From Myxococcota bacterium (GTDB taxonomy: Bacteria > Myxococcota_A > UBA9160 > UBA4427), in NCBI GenBank assembly GCA_028823175.1, contig JAPKBZ010000007.1, positions 8,496 through 72,495 on the forward strand: a stretch of DNA of 64,000 nt, read 5' to 3'. The notes beneath the pieces were generated by a model. It ran no database searches and was not told the DNA's origin. It was given only the letters and a program-made list of their open reading frames with translations. A program made the position numbers and the translations under genes. This document shows positions 1 through 9,269 of this stretch, one piece after another. Each line of letters begins with the position of its first letter. Position 1 is the stretch's first letter.

Positions 1-734
1 CATCCATTGGCATGCACTCGGGCCCGCTCATGGGAGCCCTGGGCATTCTGGCGGGGGTGTTGCGGGCGAAGGAAACGGGCCGGGGCTGCATGATGGAAAT
101 AGGCCAGTCCGATGCGGCCGCCTACATGGACTGGTACCGGAGCGAATCCTGGCTCGCTTACGAGCGTCCCGAAGATGTCGTCACGGGAAACAAGGCAGAC
201 AACTACGAACGTCGGGAGCCCGGGACAGCCGGCATGAAAGCAGGAGTTCGTTATCAGATGTACGAGTCCTCGGATGGGCACGTGCTCTTCATGGCCTCGG
301 AGCAGGCATTTTGGAAGAATTTCTGTGAGTGCGTGGGGCGGCCGGAGCTCTTCGAAAAATGGCCGGGCTCGAAATTCGCGGACCACGCCAGGGGCAACCG
401 CGAGCTGCAAGGCCTGCTACGCGAGATCTTCAAGGGCAAGACCTCCCAGAAGTGGATCGAACTCGCGGATGAGAAAAATTTCCCCGTGGCCCCCGTGAAT
501 ACCCCCCAAACCCTGGCCGCGGATCCGCAATTCATCGACCGTTTCCCCCTCTACTCCCACGAGGAGCATGGGGCGGATATGCTGCCCTTCCCCTTGAAGA
601 TTCAGGGCGAAGCCATGCGAGAGCCTTCCCGGGCGCCTACGGTCGGCGAGCACAACGAAGAAGTTCTCTCGGACGTGCTCGGCTACGAAGACGATAAAAT
701 TCAGCAACTCAAGGATTCCGGGGCACTCGGCTGA
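1..734 (+). CDS. CoA-transferase family III (CaiB/BaiF-like), C-terminal part; the 5' end lies outside the window
   Basis: The ORF runs to the left edge. The translation has typical family III C-terminal features (VLFMASEQAFWKNFCE.., NFPVAPVNTPQTL, PTVGEHNEEVL..LGY). GC3 is high. Confidence 0.85.
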   Translation, partial: SIGMHSGPLMGALGILAGVLRAKETGRGCMMEIGQSDAAAYMDWYRSESWLAYERPEDVVTGNKADNYERREPGTAGMKAGVRYQMYESSDGHVLFMASEQAFWKNFCECVGRPELFEKWPGSKFADHARGNRELQGLLREIFKGKTSQKWIELADEKNFPVAPVNTPQTLAADPQFIDRFPLYSHEEHGADMLPFPLKIQGEAMREPSRAPTVGEHNEEVLSDVLGYEDDKIQQLKDSGALG

Positions 735-769
735 TAGAATTGGCCGGATAAACCCGATCGAGATTGTTC

Positions 770-1447
770 ATGAGAAAATTTTTCCAGCTTGATCGAACTC
801 AACGTTTGCGCCCGGCCAGGACCGGATTTTTGCTCGTTCTCGCGGTCGTTGCCTGCGCGACTCCGCCCCCGCCGCCGGATCCTTTCCTTGGGACCCTGTC
901 TCCCGGCGTGGAAGAGTCTCGAGACGTGGTTGTGCGGGTTCAGCAGTCGACCCGTGAAATTGCTCGGTTGGGCAAGGAGTTGACTTTCGATCAACGCAGG
1001 GAGCGGCTGTTGAAGGTCGGATTGGCCAACTTCGACCTCTCCCGAATGGCCGAGCTCAGCTATGGCCCTCGCTATCGCGATTTGAGCACCGCGCAGCGGA
1101 AAACCTGGCTAAAAACGTTCATCCTCTTTCGCTCCTCGGCGAGTGCGAAGTTGAACTCGCGAGATCGCGGCCAGAGCTACCGACTGATCTCTTTCGATCA
1201 AGTTTCGAAACGCTTGGTGATCATCAGAACGGGAATTCGTTACCCCCGGCACGCGGTGGAAATCATCGCCGATTATCGGTTGATGTCCGTTGCTGGCGAA
1301 TGGAAGATTTTCGATCGAAATTCGCCTCCCTCGGTTAGCGAGAATGCTATGCGGAGAGCCGAGTATCGGACGATTCTCGAAAAAGAGGGTTTCGATGGCC
1401 TCATCCTCGACATGGATCGGCGAATCGCTGGCTACTCCGTCCCCTGA
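770..1447 (+). CDS. MlaC/Ttg2D-family phospholipid-binding lipoprotein
   Basis: Signal peptide with lipobox (LLVLAVVAC). MlaC-like pattern FDLSRMAELSYGPRYRDLSTAQRKTWLKTF ... GEWKIFD ... GFDGLILDM. ATG at 770 sits just after the in-frame TTG at 764. Confidence 0.7.
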   Translation: MRKFFQLDRTQRLRPARTGFLLVLAVVACATPPPPPDPFLGTLSPGVEESRDVVVRVQQSTREIARLGKELTFDQRRERLLKVGLANFDLSRMAELSYGPRYRDLSTAQRKTWLKTFILFRSSASAKLNSRDRGQSYRLISFDQVSKRLVIIRTGIRYPRHAVEIIADYRLMSVAGEWKIFDRNSPPSVSENAMRRAEYRTILEKEGFDGLILDMDRRIAGYSVP

Positions 1448-1573
1448 CCGGTCCCAAAGCGAGGGGGATCGGCGCGGAGTCGGGTACACTGGGGGCGTCG
1501 GGTAGCGCCGCCATTATTCCCGCAGTCGTTCTCGCCGACATTGCGGCCCAGAAACTCCCGAGGGAGCCTCAAT

Positions 1574-2380
1574 ATGCCCAGCGATGAAAACTCCAGCGAC
1601 TCTTCGGGCGACGTGATCTGGGAAGAGATCACCCGCGACGTCCAGCGCGAGGCCGCGGCGGAAACGCTCCTAGCCGAATTCCTGGGGCAGACCGTCCTTG
1701 ATCACCCCTCGCTGGAGAGTTCGCTCTGCTTCCATCTCGCGCGCAAGCTGGGGAGCGACGCGCTGCCTGCGGCAGAATTTCGGGAGAGCATGGCTGAGGT
1801 CCTGGCTTCTTCGCCTGATATCGGCGAGGCCGTACGTGCAGACCTGAAGGCAATTCGGGAGCGAGATCCGGCCTGCACCGGCTACTGGATGCCGCTTCTC
1901 TACTTCAAGGGTTTTCACGCGCTGCAAGCCCATCGCTATGCCCACCGGCTTTGGCAAGAGAATCGCCGAGTTCTGGCGCTGCATGTCCAGAATCGGGTAT
2001 CCGAGCTCTTCGGCGTGGATATTCACCCCGCGGCGAGCATTGGCTCGGGAATTTTCATTGACCATGCGACGAGTGTAGTAATGGGCGAGACCAGTGTGGT
2101 CGAAGACGATGTTTCCCTCCTCCACGAAGTGACCCTGGGCGGGACCGGTAAGGAAACCGGAGACCGGCACCCGAAGGTTCGCCGGGGCGTCTTGATCTGT
2201 GCGGGGGCGAAGGTGCTCGGTAATGTGGAGGTGGGTGAAGGCGCGAAGATCGCGGCGGGCAGTGTCGTGCTCACCGATGTCCCGGCTCACTGTACAGTGG
2301 CGGGAATCCCCGCCGAAGTGGTTGGCCGTCCCGAGGCCGATCAGCCCGCCCTCGAGATGAATTCTAGGCTGGGAAGCTAG
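1574..2380 (+). CDS. cysE: Serine O-acetyltransferase
   Basis: N-terminal SATase helical domain (DPACTGYWMPLLYFKGFHALQAHRYAHRLW) plus hexapeptide repeats (GVDIHPAASIGSGIFIDHATSVVMGETSVV..). AGGGAG RBS lies 8 nt before ATG 1574. Confidence 0.9.
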   Translation: MPSDENSSDSSGDVIWEEITRDVQREAAAETLLAEFLGQTVLDHPSLESSLCFHLARKLGSDALPAAEFRESMAEVLASSPDIGEAVRADLKAIRERDPACTGYWMPLLYFKGFHALQAHRYAHRLWQENRRVLALHVQNRVSELFGVDIHPAASIGSGIFIDHATSVVMGETSVVEDDVSLLHEVTLGGTGKETGDRHPKVRRGVLICAGAKVLGNVEVGEGAKIAAGSVVLTDVPAHCTVAGIPAEVVGRPEADQPALEMNSRLGS

Positions 2381-2394
2381 AGGGGCGTTTCGTC

Positions 2395-2422
2395 CGCCCA
2401 GGCAATCCCCGGGCGTTTTTTT
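2395..2422 (+). terminator. Possible weak intrinsic terminator after cysE
   Basis: cgccc(2395-2399)...gggcg(2411-2415) forms a 5-bp stem followed by T7 (2416-2422). The stem is short and the loop is large. Confidence 0.35.
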
Positions 2423-2459
2423 CGACTCCCCCCGAAGATTCGTGCTAGACCCATGCTCG

Positions 2460-3545
2460 ATGGCGACGGTTAGAATCGAACTTCCGCACCACGCGTACGA
2501 TATCCGGATTGAGCCCGGCGGCCTGGAGGAGCTCGGCGCATCCGTTCGTGCTCTGGCTCCCCACGGACAGTGTGGATTGGTAGCCGACCCGGTGGTGCGC
2601 GATCTCTATGGAGCTTCGGTCGAGGCGTCCCTGGTCGAGGCAGGCTACGGGGTCGTGAGCGCCCAGGCGGGTGCGGGTGAAGAGGCCAAGAACCTGGCCA
2701 GCGTCGAAGAAATCTACCAAGTGCTTCTGGAGGCGCGCCTCGAGCGGCGATCACCCGTGATCGCCTTGGGAGGCGGCATCACAGGAGACGTCGCTGGTTT
2801 CGTTGCGGCGACCTACTTGCGCGGCGTGCCCTTCATTCAATGCCCCACGACCCTCCTCGCCATGGTGGATTCGAGCGTCGGCGGGAAGACGGGGGTCAAC
2901 GTACTCCAGGGAAAAAACCTGATCGGCGCTTTCTATCAGCCGGACCTGGTGGTCGCGGACCCGCTGGTTCTGAATAGTCTGCCACCCCGCGAAATGCGTT
3001 GCGGGCTGGCGGAGTGCGTGAAGCACGCGGTGATCCGTGACGAGAGTCTCTTTGGTTTCATTGGCGATCACCACAAAGAGATTCTGGCGCTTTCCAGTAA
3101 CGAAGTGGTCGAACTCGTGCGGCGGAATGTGGAAATCAAGGCGGCCGTCGTGATGGAAGACGAAAGGGAGGGGGGTGTTCGCGCTCACCTTAATTTTGGA
3201 CACACCTTCGGGCACGCCATAGAGTCGACGATGGGTTACGGGGCGATCTTGCATGGTGAGGCCGTGGGGCTCGGGATGCTGGCGGCCTCTCGCGCCGCCG
3301 CCGAGTTCGGACTTTGTCCGAGCGATCTGCCCGCAACCATCGCAGAACTCCTTTCTGCCATCGGCTTGCCTATTCGTGCGGATTTGCCGGATAACAGTTC
3401 TCTGGGTCGGGCAATGCGTCACGACAAGAAGGTGGCGAATGACCTCGTTCGGTTTGTCTTGCCACGGGGGTTGGGACAGGTCGAAATCCGAGATGACCTT
3501 CCCGAAACCTGCGTGGATGCGGGGTGGGAGTTCATTCGGTCCTGA
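2460..3545 (+). CDS. aroB: 3-dehydroquinate synthase
   Basis: GGGITGDVAGFVAATYLRGVPFIQCPTTLLAMVDSSVGGKTGVN and HLNFGHTFGHAIE motifs. The start could be GTG 2442 or ATG 2460. Confidence 0.9.
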   Translation: MATVRIELPHHAYDIRIEPGGLEELGASVRALAPHGQCGLVADPVVRDLYGASVEASLVEAGYGVVSAQAGAGEEAKNLASVEEIYQVLLEARLERRSPVIALGGGITGDVAGFVAATYLRGVPFIQCPTTLLAMVDSSVGGKTGVNVLQGKNLIGAFYQPDLVVADPLVLNSLPPREMRCGLAECVKHAVIRDESLFGFIGDHHKEILALSSNEVVELVRRNVEIKAAVVMEDEREGGVRAHLNFGHTFGHAIESTMGYGAILHGEAVGLGMLAASRAAAEFGLCPSDLPATIAELLSAIGLPIRADLPDNSSLGRAMRHDKKVANDLVRFVLPRGLGQVEIRDDLPETCVDAGWEFIRS

Positions 3546-3663
3546 GGTGATTTTTCCTCCGTTTGGGCACGCTCCTGGGGTATGATGCCCTAGTGATTTC
3601 CGTAGGATACACGCGGGGGAACGGTGACGATCCCAGGGTCTCCTCCGGCCGGGGGAAGCCTCT

Positions 3664-5217
3664 TTGAGCCCTCTGCGGATTCAGGCGGAAACTGCCCACG
3701 GCAGGGTCGAGGGGGCCGATTCTGGGGGGATTCTTGCCTTCAAGGGCATCCCCTATGCCGAAGCTCCCCAGGGACGCTTTCGTTTTCAGCCTCCCCGGCC
3801 CCTCAAGGGCTGGAAGGGTGTGCGGTCAGCCCACCGATGTGGCCCGGTTCCGATCCAGCCCTCGCTTCCAATTTTTCGCTTTCTGAACGCAGGCGCCGCC
3901 CGGCAGTCGGAAGATTGCCTCTACCTCAATGTCTGGACCCCGGGAACTGAGGGCACGAAGCGGCCGGTCCTGGTTTGGATCCACGGTGGGGGGTTTCTGA
4001 TCGGGGCGGGTTCGACCCCTGTCTACGACGGTCATCACCTTGCCCAGAGCGGTGACATCGTTGTGGTCACGATCAACTACCGCCTGGGTGCATTGGGCTT
4101 CGTGCACCTCGATGGTCTCGCCAAGTCGGGATTCGAGGAATCCTCCAACCTCGGCACCCGGGATCAGATCGCCGCCTTGGAATGGGTTCGGGAGAATATC
4201 GGCGAGTTTGGAGGCGACCCCGAGAATGTTACGGTCTGTGGCCAATCCGCTGGAGCCATGAGCGTGGGTGCGCTTCTGGGAGCACCCTCGGCACGCGGGC
4301 TCTTTCGGCGGGCCATTCTTCAGAGCGGGGCCGGTCGTCACGTCATCGACCGAGACCGGGCCGACGAGGCCGCCGAATTATTCCTCGACGAGTTGGGCAA
4401 CCCGCGCTGTACGCCCAAGAGCCTGGGGGCTCTCTCCGCGAACCAGATCCTGAGCGCTCAGGGCGCTGTGAACAGAAAATTGATGAATGCTCGAGACCTG
4501 ATGGTCATGATGCCCTGCGTCGATGGACACTTGATTACCGAGGCACCGCTCGAGGCTATCGGGAAGGGGCGCGTTTCCGATATCGACATCATGATCGGAA
4601 CGACCCTGGACGAGTGGAAACTCTTCTCGCCGCTGGACGCTGCGCTCCTCCGCTCGAGTGAGTCGCGACTCGTATCGCGGTTCGCCGAACTTCTTCCCCA
4701 GACTGTGTCCAATCCGCCCGATCCCGAACTCGCTGTTCAGGCTTATCGGGAGGCTTTGGTCAAACGGGGGGGGAGGACGACTCCTTTTGAAATTTTGAGT
4801 GCCTTTCAGTCGATGCGGGTCTTCCATCACCCCGCCTTCGAGTTGGCCGATCGGCATGGAAACGCCGGGGGCAGGGTCCATTCCTATCTCTTCTCCTGGA
4901 AGCCGCCCGCCTTCGCTCGGAGCCTGGGGGCCTGTCATGCGATGGAGTTGCCCTTCGTCTTCGGTCTGACGAATCATCCGCTATCCCGGGCATTGACCGG
5001 TTTCACGAGTTTCACCGGTTCCGCCCGGCGACTCGCTGGGCGCATGCAGAGTGCCTGGACCGGCTTCGCCAGAAATGGTCGACCGGGGCATCCGGGCCTT
5101 CCCGAGTGGGATCCATACGATTCGGTTGCGCGACCCACAATGGTCTTCGATCGCGAGTGCACCCTGGCCGACAACCCCCTGGCCGCCGAGAGAAACCTGC
5201 TCGAGGCTTGGAGCTAA
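3664..5217 (+). CDS. Carboxylesterase type B (para-nitrobenzyl esterase-like)
   Basis: Motifs EDCLYLNVWTP, WIHGGGFLIG and the nucleophile elbow GQSAGA. TTG start. Confidence 0.85.
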   Translation: MSPLRIQAETAHGRVEGADSGGILAFKGIPYAEAPQGRFRFQPPRPLKGWKGVRSAHRCGPVPIQPSLPIFRFLNAGAARQSEDCLYLNVWTPGTEGTKRPVLVWIHGGGFLIGAGSTPVYDGHHLAQSGDIVVVTINYRLGALGFVHLDGLAKSGFEESSNLGTRDQIAALEWVRENIGEFGGDPENVTVCGQSAGAMSVGALLGAPSARGLFRRAILQSGAGRHVIDRDRADEAAELFLDELGNPRCTPKSLGALSANQILSAQGAVNRKLMNARDLMVMMPCVDGHLITEAPLEAIGKGRVSDIDIMIGTTLDEWKLFSPLDAALLRSSESRLVSRFAELLPQTVSNPPDPELAVQAYREALVKRGGRTTPFEILSAFQSMRVFHHPAFELADRHGNAGGRVHSYLFSWKPPAFARSLGACHAMELPFVFGLTNHPLSRALTGFTSFTGSARRLAGRMQSAWTGFARNGRPGHPGLPEWDPYDSVARPTMVFDRECTLADNPLAAERNLLEAWS

Positions 5218-6683
5218 CCGAGGGTCAGGAGGCGATGCGCTTCTTGGGCGTGCTCGGAAATCGGGATTGCCTGCGGGCAGGCCTGAGTGCAAGGCGCCGA
5301 ACAGCCGGCGCAAACGTCCGCCTTCCGTTCGAGGCGATCGTAGAGCCGCATGGCCTCCTTCTGGGCTCCGTAGTATTTGAAGTACATCCTATGGCGTAGA
5401 ATGTCATGGATCGCGAGTTGCTCGGGGCAATGTCCGAGGCAGAGCCCGCAATGGGGCCGGCAGTGTTCCCCTTCGACCTTGGCCGCATAGTCGTCGAGAA
5501 GCTCCCGATCCCCCGGCCCAGGCGGCTGGCCCGATGCGTAGAGAAACTCGTCGAGTTGAGAGGATTCCCAGAGAGAAATCACGAGCCCGGAGACGGAGGG
5601 GTTCGAAAGAACCCAACGAAAAGCGGCTTGGGTATAGGAATCTTGCTCTGCACGCGATTGCATCAGGCCCTGGTGCATCGCACCCCGCAAGGTCTTCATG
5701 GCGACCACCCCGATATCTTGGGCTGCCGCTCGGTCAATGATGTCGCCGATTCCAGGCCAGGCGCCGTAGTGGTAGGCGAGCATGAGTACGTCGAAGCGAT
5801 CGCTTTCGATCGCATGATTGGCAACGGCCTCGAGGTTGGGGGTGTGGGTTGAAACCCCAAGGAAGCGAACTTTGCCCGCCGCCTTCAGCCGGTCGAAGGC
5901 CTCGTGAGCATTCTCTGCCATCAGACGGTCGACGGTGTCGCAGGAGTGAATGTGGACGAGATCCACGCGATCTGTCTGGAGGCGTTGCAAGCTGCCTTCA
6001 ACAGCCTCGATATAGTCGGCCACCGAATGGTCGGCTCCGAGATGACCGCCGGGCCGGCAAAATTTGGTGGCGAGGAACATCTGGTCCCGAACGCCCTTCA
6101 TCGCCTTGCCAAGGCGGTATTCCGAGTCGGTTCCGCTGTAGTCGGGTGCGGTATCGAAATAATTGATGCCGCGATCGATGGCTTGCCTGGCCACCTCAGC
6201 GGTCTGCCTGCCCCCGGTTCCCGAACCAGAACCGAGGGAGATATCCGAGATCAGCGCTTCGGTGCGACCGAGGCGACGGTAATTTTGGACTGTCGATCCC
6301 GACCATTCGATGAGCGCCTGGTCGGACTTGTAGGGCGGACGGACCAGGAAGATGTTTTTCCCGGTGACCGTGTACCAATCGCTGACCCGGCCAAGAGCGG
6401 ACACGCCCGTGGCCAACACGCCCCCCCCGGCGCCCAGCGCTCCGAGCAGGAAGAACCTTCTGCCCGGTAAATTGGAGTCCCTCGCTCGGCGCACGCGCGT
6501 GCGTGCCCAGGCAAGAGTGAGGGCCAGGCTGAGTGCGACGCTCACGGCTGTGGCGAGAGCGGGTAGTGAAGGGTTCCCGCTGCCGTCATAGCCTTCGACA
6601 AGTCGGCCGAGATAACCGCCCAGTGCGCCATACCCGAGTGATACGCTCACTAGCCAACTCAGAAACACCCAGCTACCGGACAT
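5214..6683 (-). CDS. Aldo/keto reductase with a C-terminal 4Fe-4S Cys cluster and an N-terminal membrane/Tat-like region
   Basis: AKR core (GINYFDTAPDYSG.., VDLVHIHS). C-terminal CxxCxxxC and CxxCxxxCxxxC Cys motifs. N-terminal hydrophobic segments followed by GRRFFLLGALGAGGGVLA, a twin-arginine-like motif. Confidence 0.8.
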   Translation of the reverse strand: MSGSWVFLSWLVSVSLGYGALGGYLGRLVEGYDGSGNPSLPALATAVSVALSLALTLAWARTRVRRARDSNLPGRRFFLLGALGAGGGVLATGVSALGRVSDWYTVTGKNIFLVRPPYKSDQALIEWSGSTVQNYRRLGRTEALISDISLGSGSGTGGRQTAEVARQAIDRGINYFDTAPDYSGTDSEYRLGKAMKGVRDQMFLATKFCRPGGHLGADHSVADYIEAVEGSLQRLQTDRVDLVHIHSCDTVDRLMAENAHEAFDRLKAAGKVRFLGVSTHTPNLEAVANHAIESDRFDVLMLAYHYGAWPGIGDIIDRAAAQDIGVVAMKTLRGAMHQGLMQSRAEQDSYTQAAFRWVLSNPSVSGLVISLWESSQLDEFLYASGQPPGPGDRELLDDYAAKVEGEHCRPHCGLCLGHCPEQLAIHDILRHRMYFKYYGAQKEAMRLYDRLERKADVCAGCSAPCTQACPQAIPISEHAQEAHRLLTLG

Positions 6684-6703
6684 CGCTCGCCCCCTTCTCG
6701 CCT

Positions 6704-7138
6704 CTACTCGCTCGCCACGACGATCTGCCCAGTGAGCTTGAGCTGGGGGTTTTCCCGCTGGGCTTGGGATTGGGAGAGCCAGACTTCGTACGTGTAGGTG
6801 CCAGGCTTGAGGGGGCAGGGGGTGGAGAGGCTCTCGTTGTCACCCACCGTCGTTACGGATTCGACCGTGTCACCGCTGTGGACGAAAAGGGGCCGGAGTT
6901 CGTCGCAGACGAAGGCGTCCGCGATGCTCGCTGGAAAGTGGATGCTCGCGACCGAGCTCGACCAGTTCGTCCAGACGACGGAATTTTTTGGTCCCGAGAC
7001 TTTGGCAACCCTGGGCGCCACGTTCATGTTGTTGATCTGGATCAGCGCATGGCCACGCATCTGGGCGGGGTTGCTCGCGCACCCGACGTTGAGGGTCAGG
7101 AGAACGAGGAGAAAAAGGCCGGTCATCAAAAATCGCAT
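6704..7138 (-). CDS. Small lipoprotein, function unknown
   Basis: Signal peptide with lipobox MRFLMTGLFLLVLLTLNVGC. High GC3. Lies 20 nt upstream of the AKR gene on the same strand. Confidence 0.6.
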   Translation of the reverse strand: MRFLMTGLFLLVLLTLNVGCASNPAQMRGHALIQINNMNVAPRVAKVSGPKNSVVWTNWSSSVASIHFPASIADAFVCDELRPLFVHSGDTVESVTTVGDNESLSTPCPLKPGTYTYEVWLSQSQAQRENPQLKLTGQIVVASE

Positions 7139-7307
7139 GAAAACTCCGATCGGTTGGGAAGGGGACTGCGTTGCTGGCTGAAGTATGGGACAGGCACGGG
7201 GTGGTTCTCAACCCGTTCGAAGCGTTGGGGGCCGATGAGGGCCCTCCATAGGGGAAACTCAGGCATAGGGGGAAACTCCGGCGGCCCGGGCTGGAGACCG
7301 AACGCGA

Positions 7308-8690
7308 TCAGCTGCCGATTTCCGGAAGAATTCGGCTGGGGTCGGGCTCGGCCGGGGTAAAGGAATCGGCGTCGATCTTGCCGAGCCAGGTATTCTCCAA
7401 GTTCGCCATGACGGTCCAGCCGCGTTTTTGAAGCTCATTTTTTGCTTCCGGAGAGAGGGAACCCGAGACGAGGAGATATTTCTTGTGAGGGTTTCTTGGC
7501 TGCTGCCCGATGCCTTCTTCGAGTCGCTCAAGGAAGAGGGCAGCACCTCGGGTCCAGAAGCCGAAATCAATGTTCAAGGGGACGACGAGATTGCCCCGAT
7601 CGGTTTCGGCGGCGATCAGCCCATCCGCCGAAAAAAATTGGGTGAGGCTTTCGACGTTCGAGTCAAAGGCCTGAAAGAGGAGGGCAAGCCGGGTGAACGA
7701 GTACGCTTCGGTGGGCGTATCGGCCAGGAGGGAGAGTTCGATGAAGGTTTTGCGGTCTCCGGTTTTACTCAGGGCCGCGAGGGCATCGACGATTTCCAGC
7801 TGGGCGGTGGGGGAATACCAGGGGTGCTCGATGAAGTTCGTGGCTTCCAGTTCCTCGACGGCGAAGGTCTCGAGCAGGATTTGGCGGTTGCGAATGCGAA
7901 TTTCTTCGGGGGTTTCGTCGCGCAGTTCACGCTTCATGTCGTCGCTGGTGTTGGTCACCGTGAGGGCGATGGATGCTCCTCCCGGAACCGCTATCAGGGG
8001 CAGGCGCACAGTCATGCCCCCCGCCAGGGAGAGCCAAGCGAGTCGGTCGAGAACGACCTGGAGTTGGGGGTTGGTGCTGTAGGGGTCGAGACCGAGGCGG
8101 TAGGCCCACTCGCGCTTGGCCCTGCTGAAACCGATCAGTTCGAGGAAATAATGGTCCTCGAGATAGGTTCGGCCCGCACCGATCATTTCGTAATAGCCCT
8201 GGGCCATGGACCACATGCCTTTGGGGATATTCGTGGTCGTGCGAACGGGGTTGAAGAGGAGTTGCATTGCGCCCTCCGCGGGCGCCTCGGCGGCATTGGC
8301 GAAGGCCAGGACGTAGACGTCGCGGTTCCTGACGCCCGCATCCTCGAGCGCTTTCAGGGTCTGAATCTCCCGGATCCGTTTACGCAGCCGGCTCCGGCCC
8401 TGGGCTTGCATTTCCCCGTTCTCGGTCAGGATCGAGTAGGTGTAGATAAAGCCCGGTCCGTGGCGAATCGACTCGACACGAAAGCCGTCGCCCCGGTGCT
8501 CTTCGGCGGGCAGGACCACGAGGGGGTCGAGTTCCCAGGCGGGCTCCTGAAAGGGGGCAGCGTTGGGGCCGCTCGCGTCGAGAAGTTCGTATCTCGAGGC
8601 CAATCCGGAGCCGGGCGGTGGCATATCGGGAGCGCAGGCCAGGACCGCAGCAAGGACTACGGTCGGCAGAAGCGCCCCCAGATTTTTCAA
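7308..8690 (-). CDS. Large lipoprotein, function unknown (460 aa)
   Basis: Long GC3-rich ORF. I prefer TTG 8690, which has a GGGAG RBS 5 nt upstream, giving LKNLGALLPTVVLAAVLAC (lipobox). I recognised no known domain. Confidence 0.6.
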   Translation of the reverse strand: MKNLGALLPTVVLAAVLACAPDMPPPGSGLASRYELLDASGPNAAPFQEPAWELDPLVVLPAEEHRGDGFRVESIRHGPGFIYTYSILTENGEMQAQGRSRLRKRIREIQTLKALEDAGVRNRDVYVLAFANAAEAPAEGAMQLLFNPVRTTTNIPKGMWSMAQGYYEMIGAGRTYLEDHYFLELIGFSRAKREWAYRLGLDPYSTNPQLQVVLDRLAWLSLAGGMTVRLPLIAVPGGASIALTVTNTSDDMKRELRDETPEEIRIRNRQILLETFAVEELEATNFIEHPWYSPTAQLEIVDALAALSKTGDRKTFIELSLLADTPTEAYSFTRLALLFQAFDSNVESLTQFFSADGLIAAETDRGNLVVPLNIDFGFWTRGAALFLERLEEGIGQQPRNPHKKYLLVSGSLSPEAKNELQKRGWTVMANLENTWLGKIDADSFTPAEPDPSRILPEIGS

Positions 8691-8719
8691 TAGGACTCCC
8701 GTTTCGGTACCTCCGGGGT

Positions 8720-8920
8720 TCAACCCGGGTGAGGGTGGCTCTCGCTGCACTCGAGGGCGCCCTCTTCCGGACCGGCGGTCTCATCGGCCCGTGGGCAGAA
8801 GGCCGGGGGGGGGTCCTCCCCAAGGTTCACGAGGCCACAGCCCGGGGAGATGGCCAGTGCGAAAAGGAGCGCTGGGAGCAGGCGGCCGTGCCTGAAGATG
8901 TGAGGGGTTGGTTTCGTCAA
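8720..8920 (-). CDS. Small putative lipoprotein (66 aa)
   Basis: N-terminus LLPALLFALAISPGC. GC3-rich. First gene of the same-strand lipoprotein string. Confidence 0.45.
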   Translation of the reverse strand: MTKPTPHIFRHGRLLPALLFALAISPGCGLVNLGEDPPPAFCPRADETAGPEEGALECSESHPHPG

Positions 8921-9269
8921 TGGGCTGTCTTTCTGGAGAATGGCTCCCGGAGGAAACCCGAACGAGAGTGAGGTTGTGCTGAAACCTATCGGTGCGTTCG
9001 CGGTCCGACGGGAGCCGGATCTGGCTGTGCTCGTGCATTTCCCCGGTGGGGAGCACCAAGGGTATTGAATTTCCGCCCGGGGCGGAACCGGGCCGGGAAA
9101 TCTGGGCTCCAGCCCCCCTTCGCCCCGGGCTTGGCGTGCTTCGCCGGCGAAAGCACTATGGTCTCGCGGTCCCTGGGACCAGAGAGTTCACTCCCAGGGC
9201 GGCCAGGCGGAGCGGCCGGAGTTGGGCGCCGAGCCGGGGAGGCGGGAAGTGTCGAGAGAGGGGGCGAGG

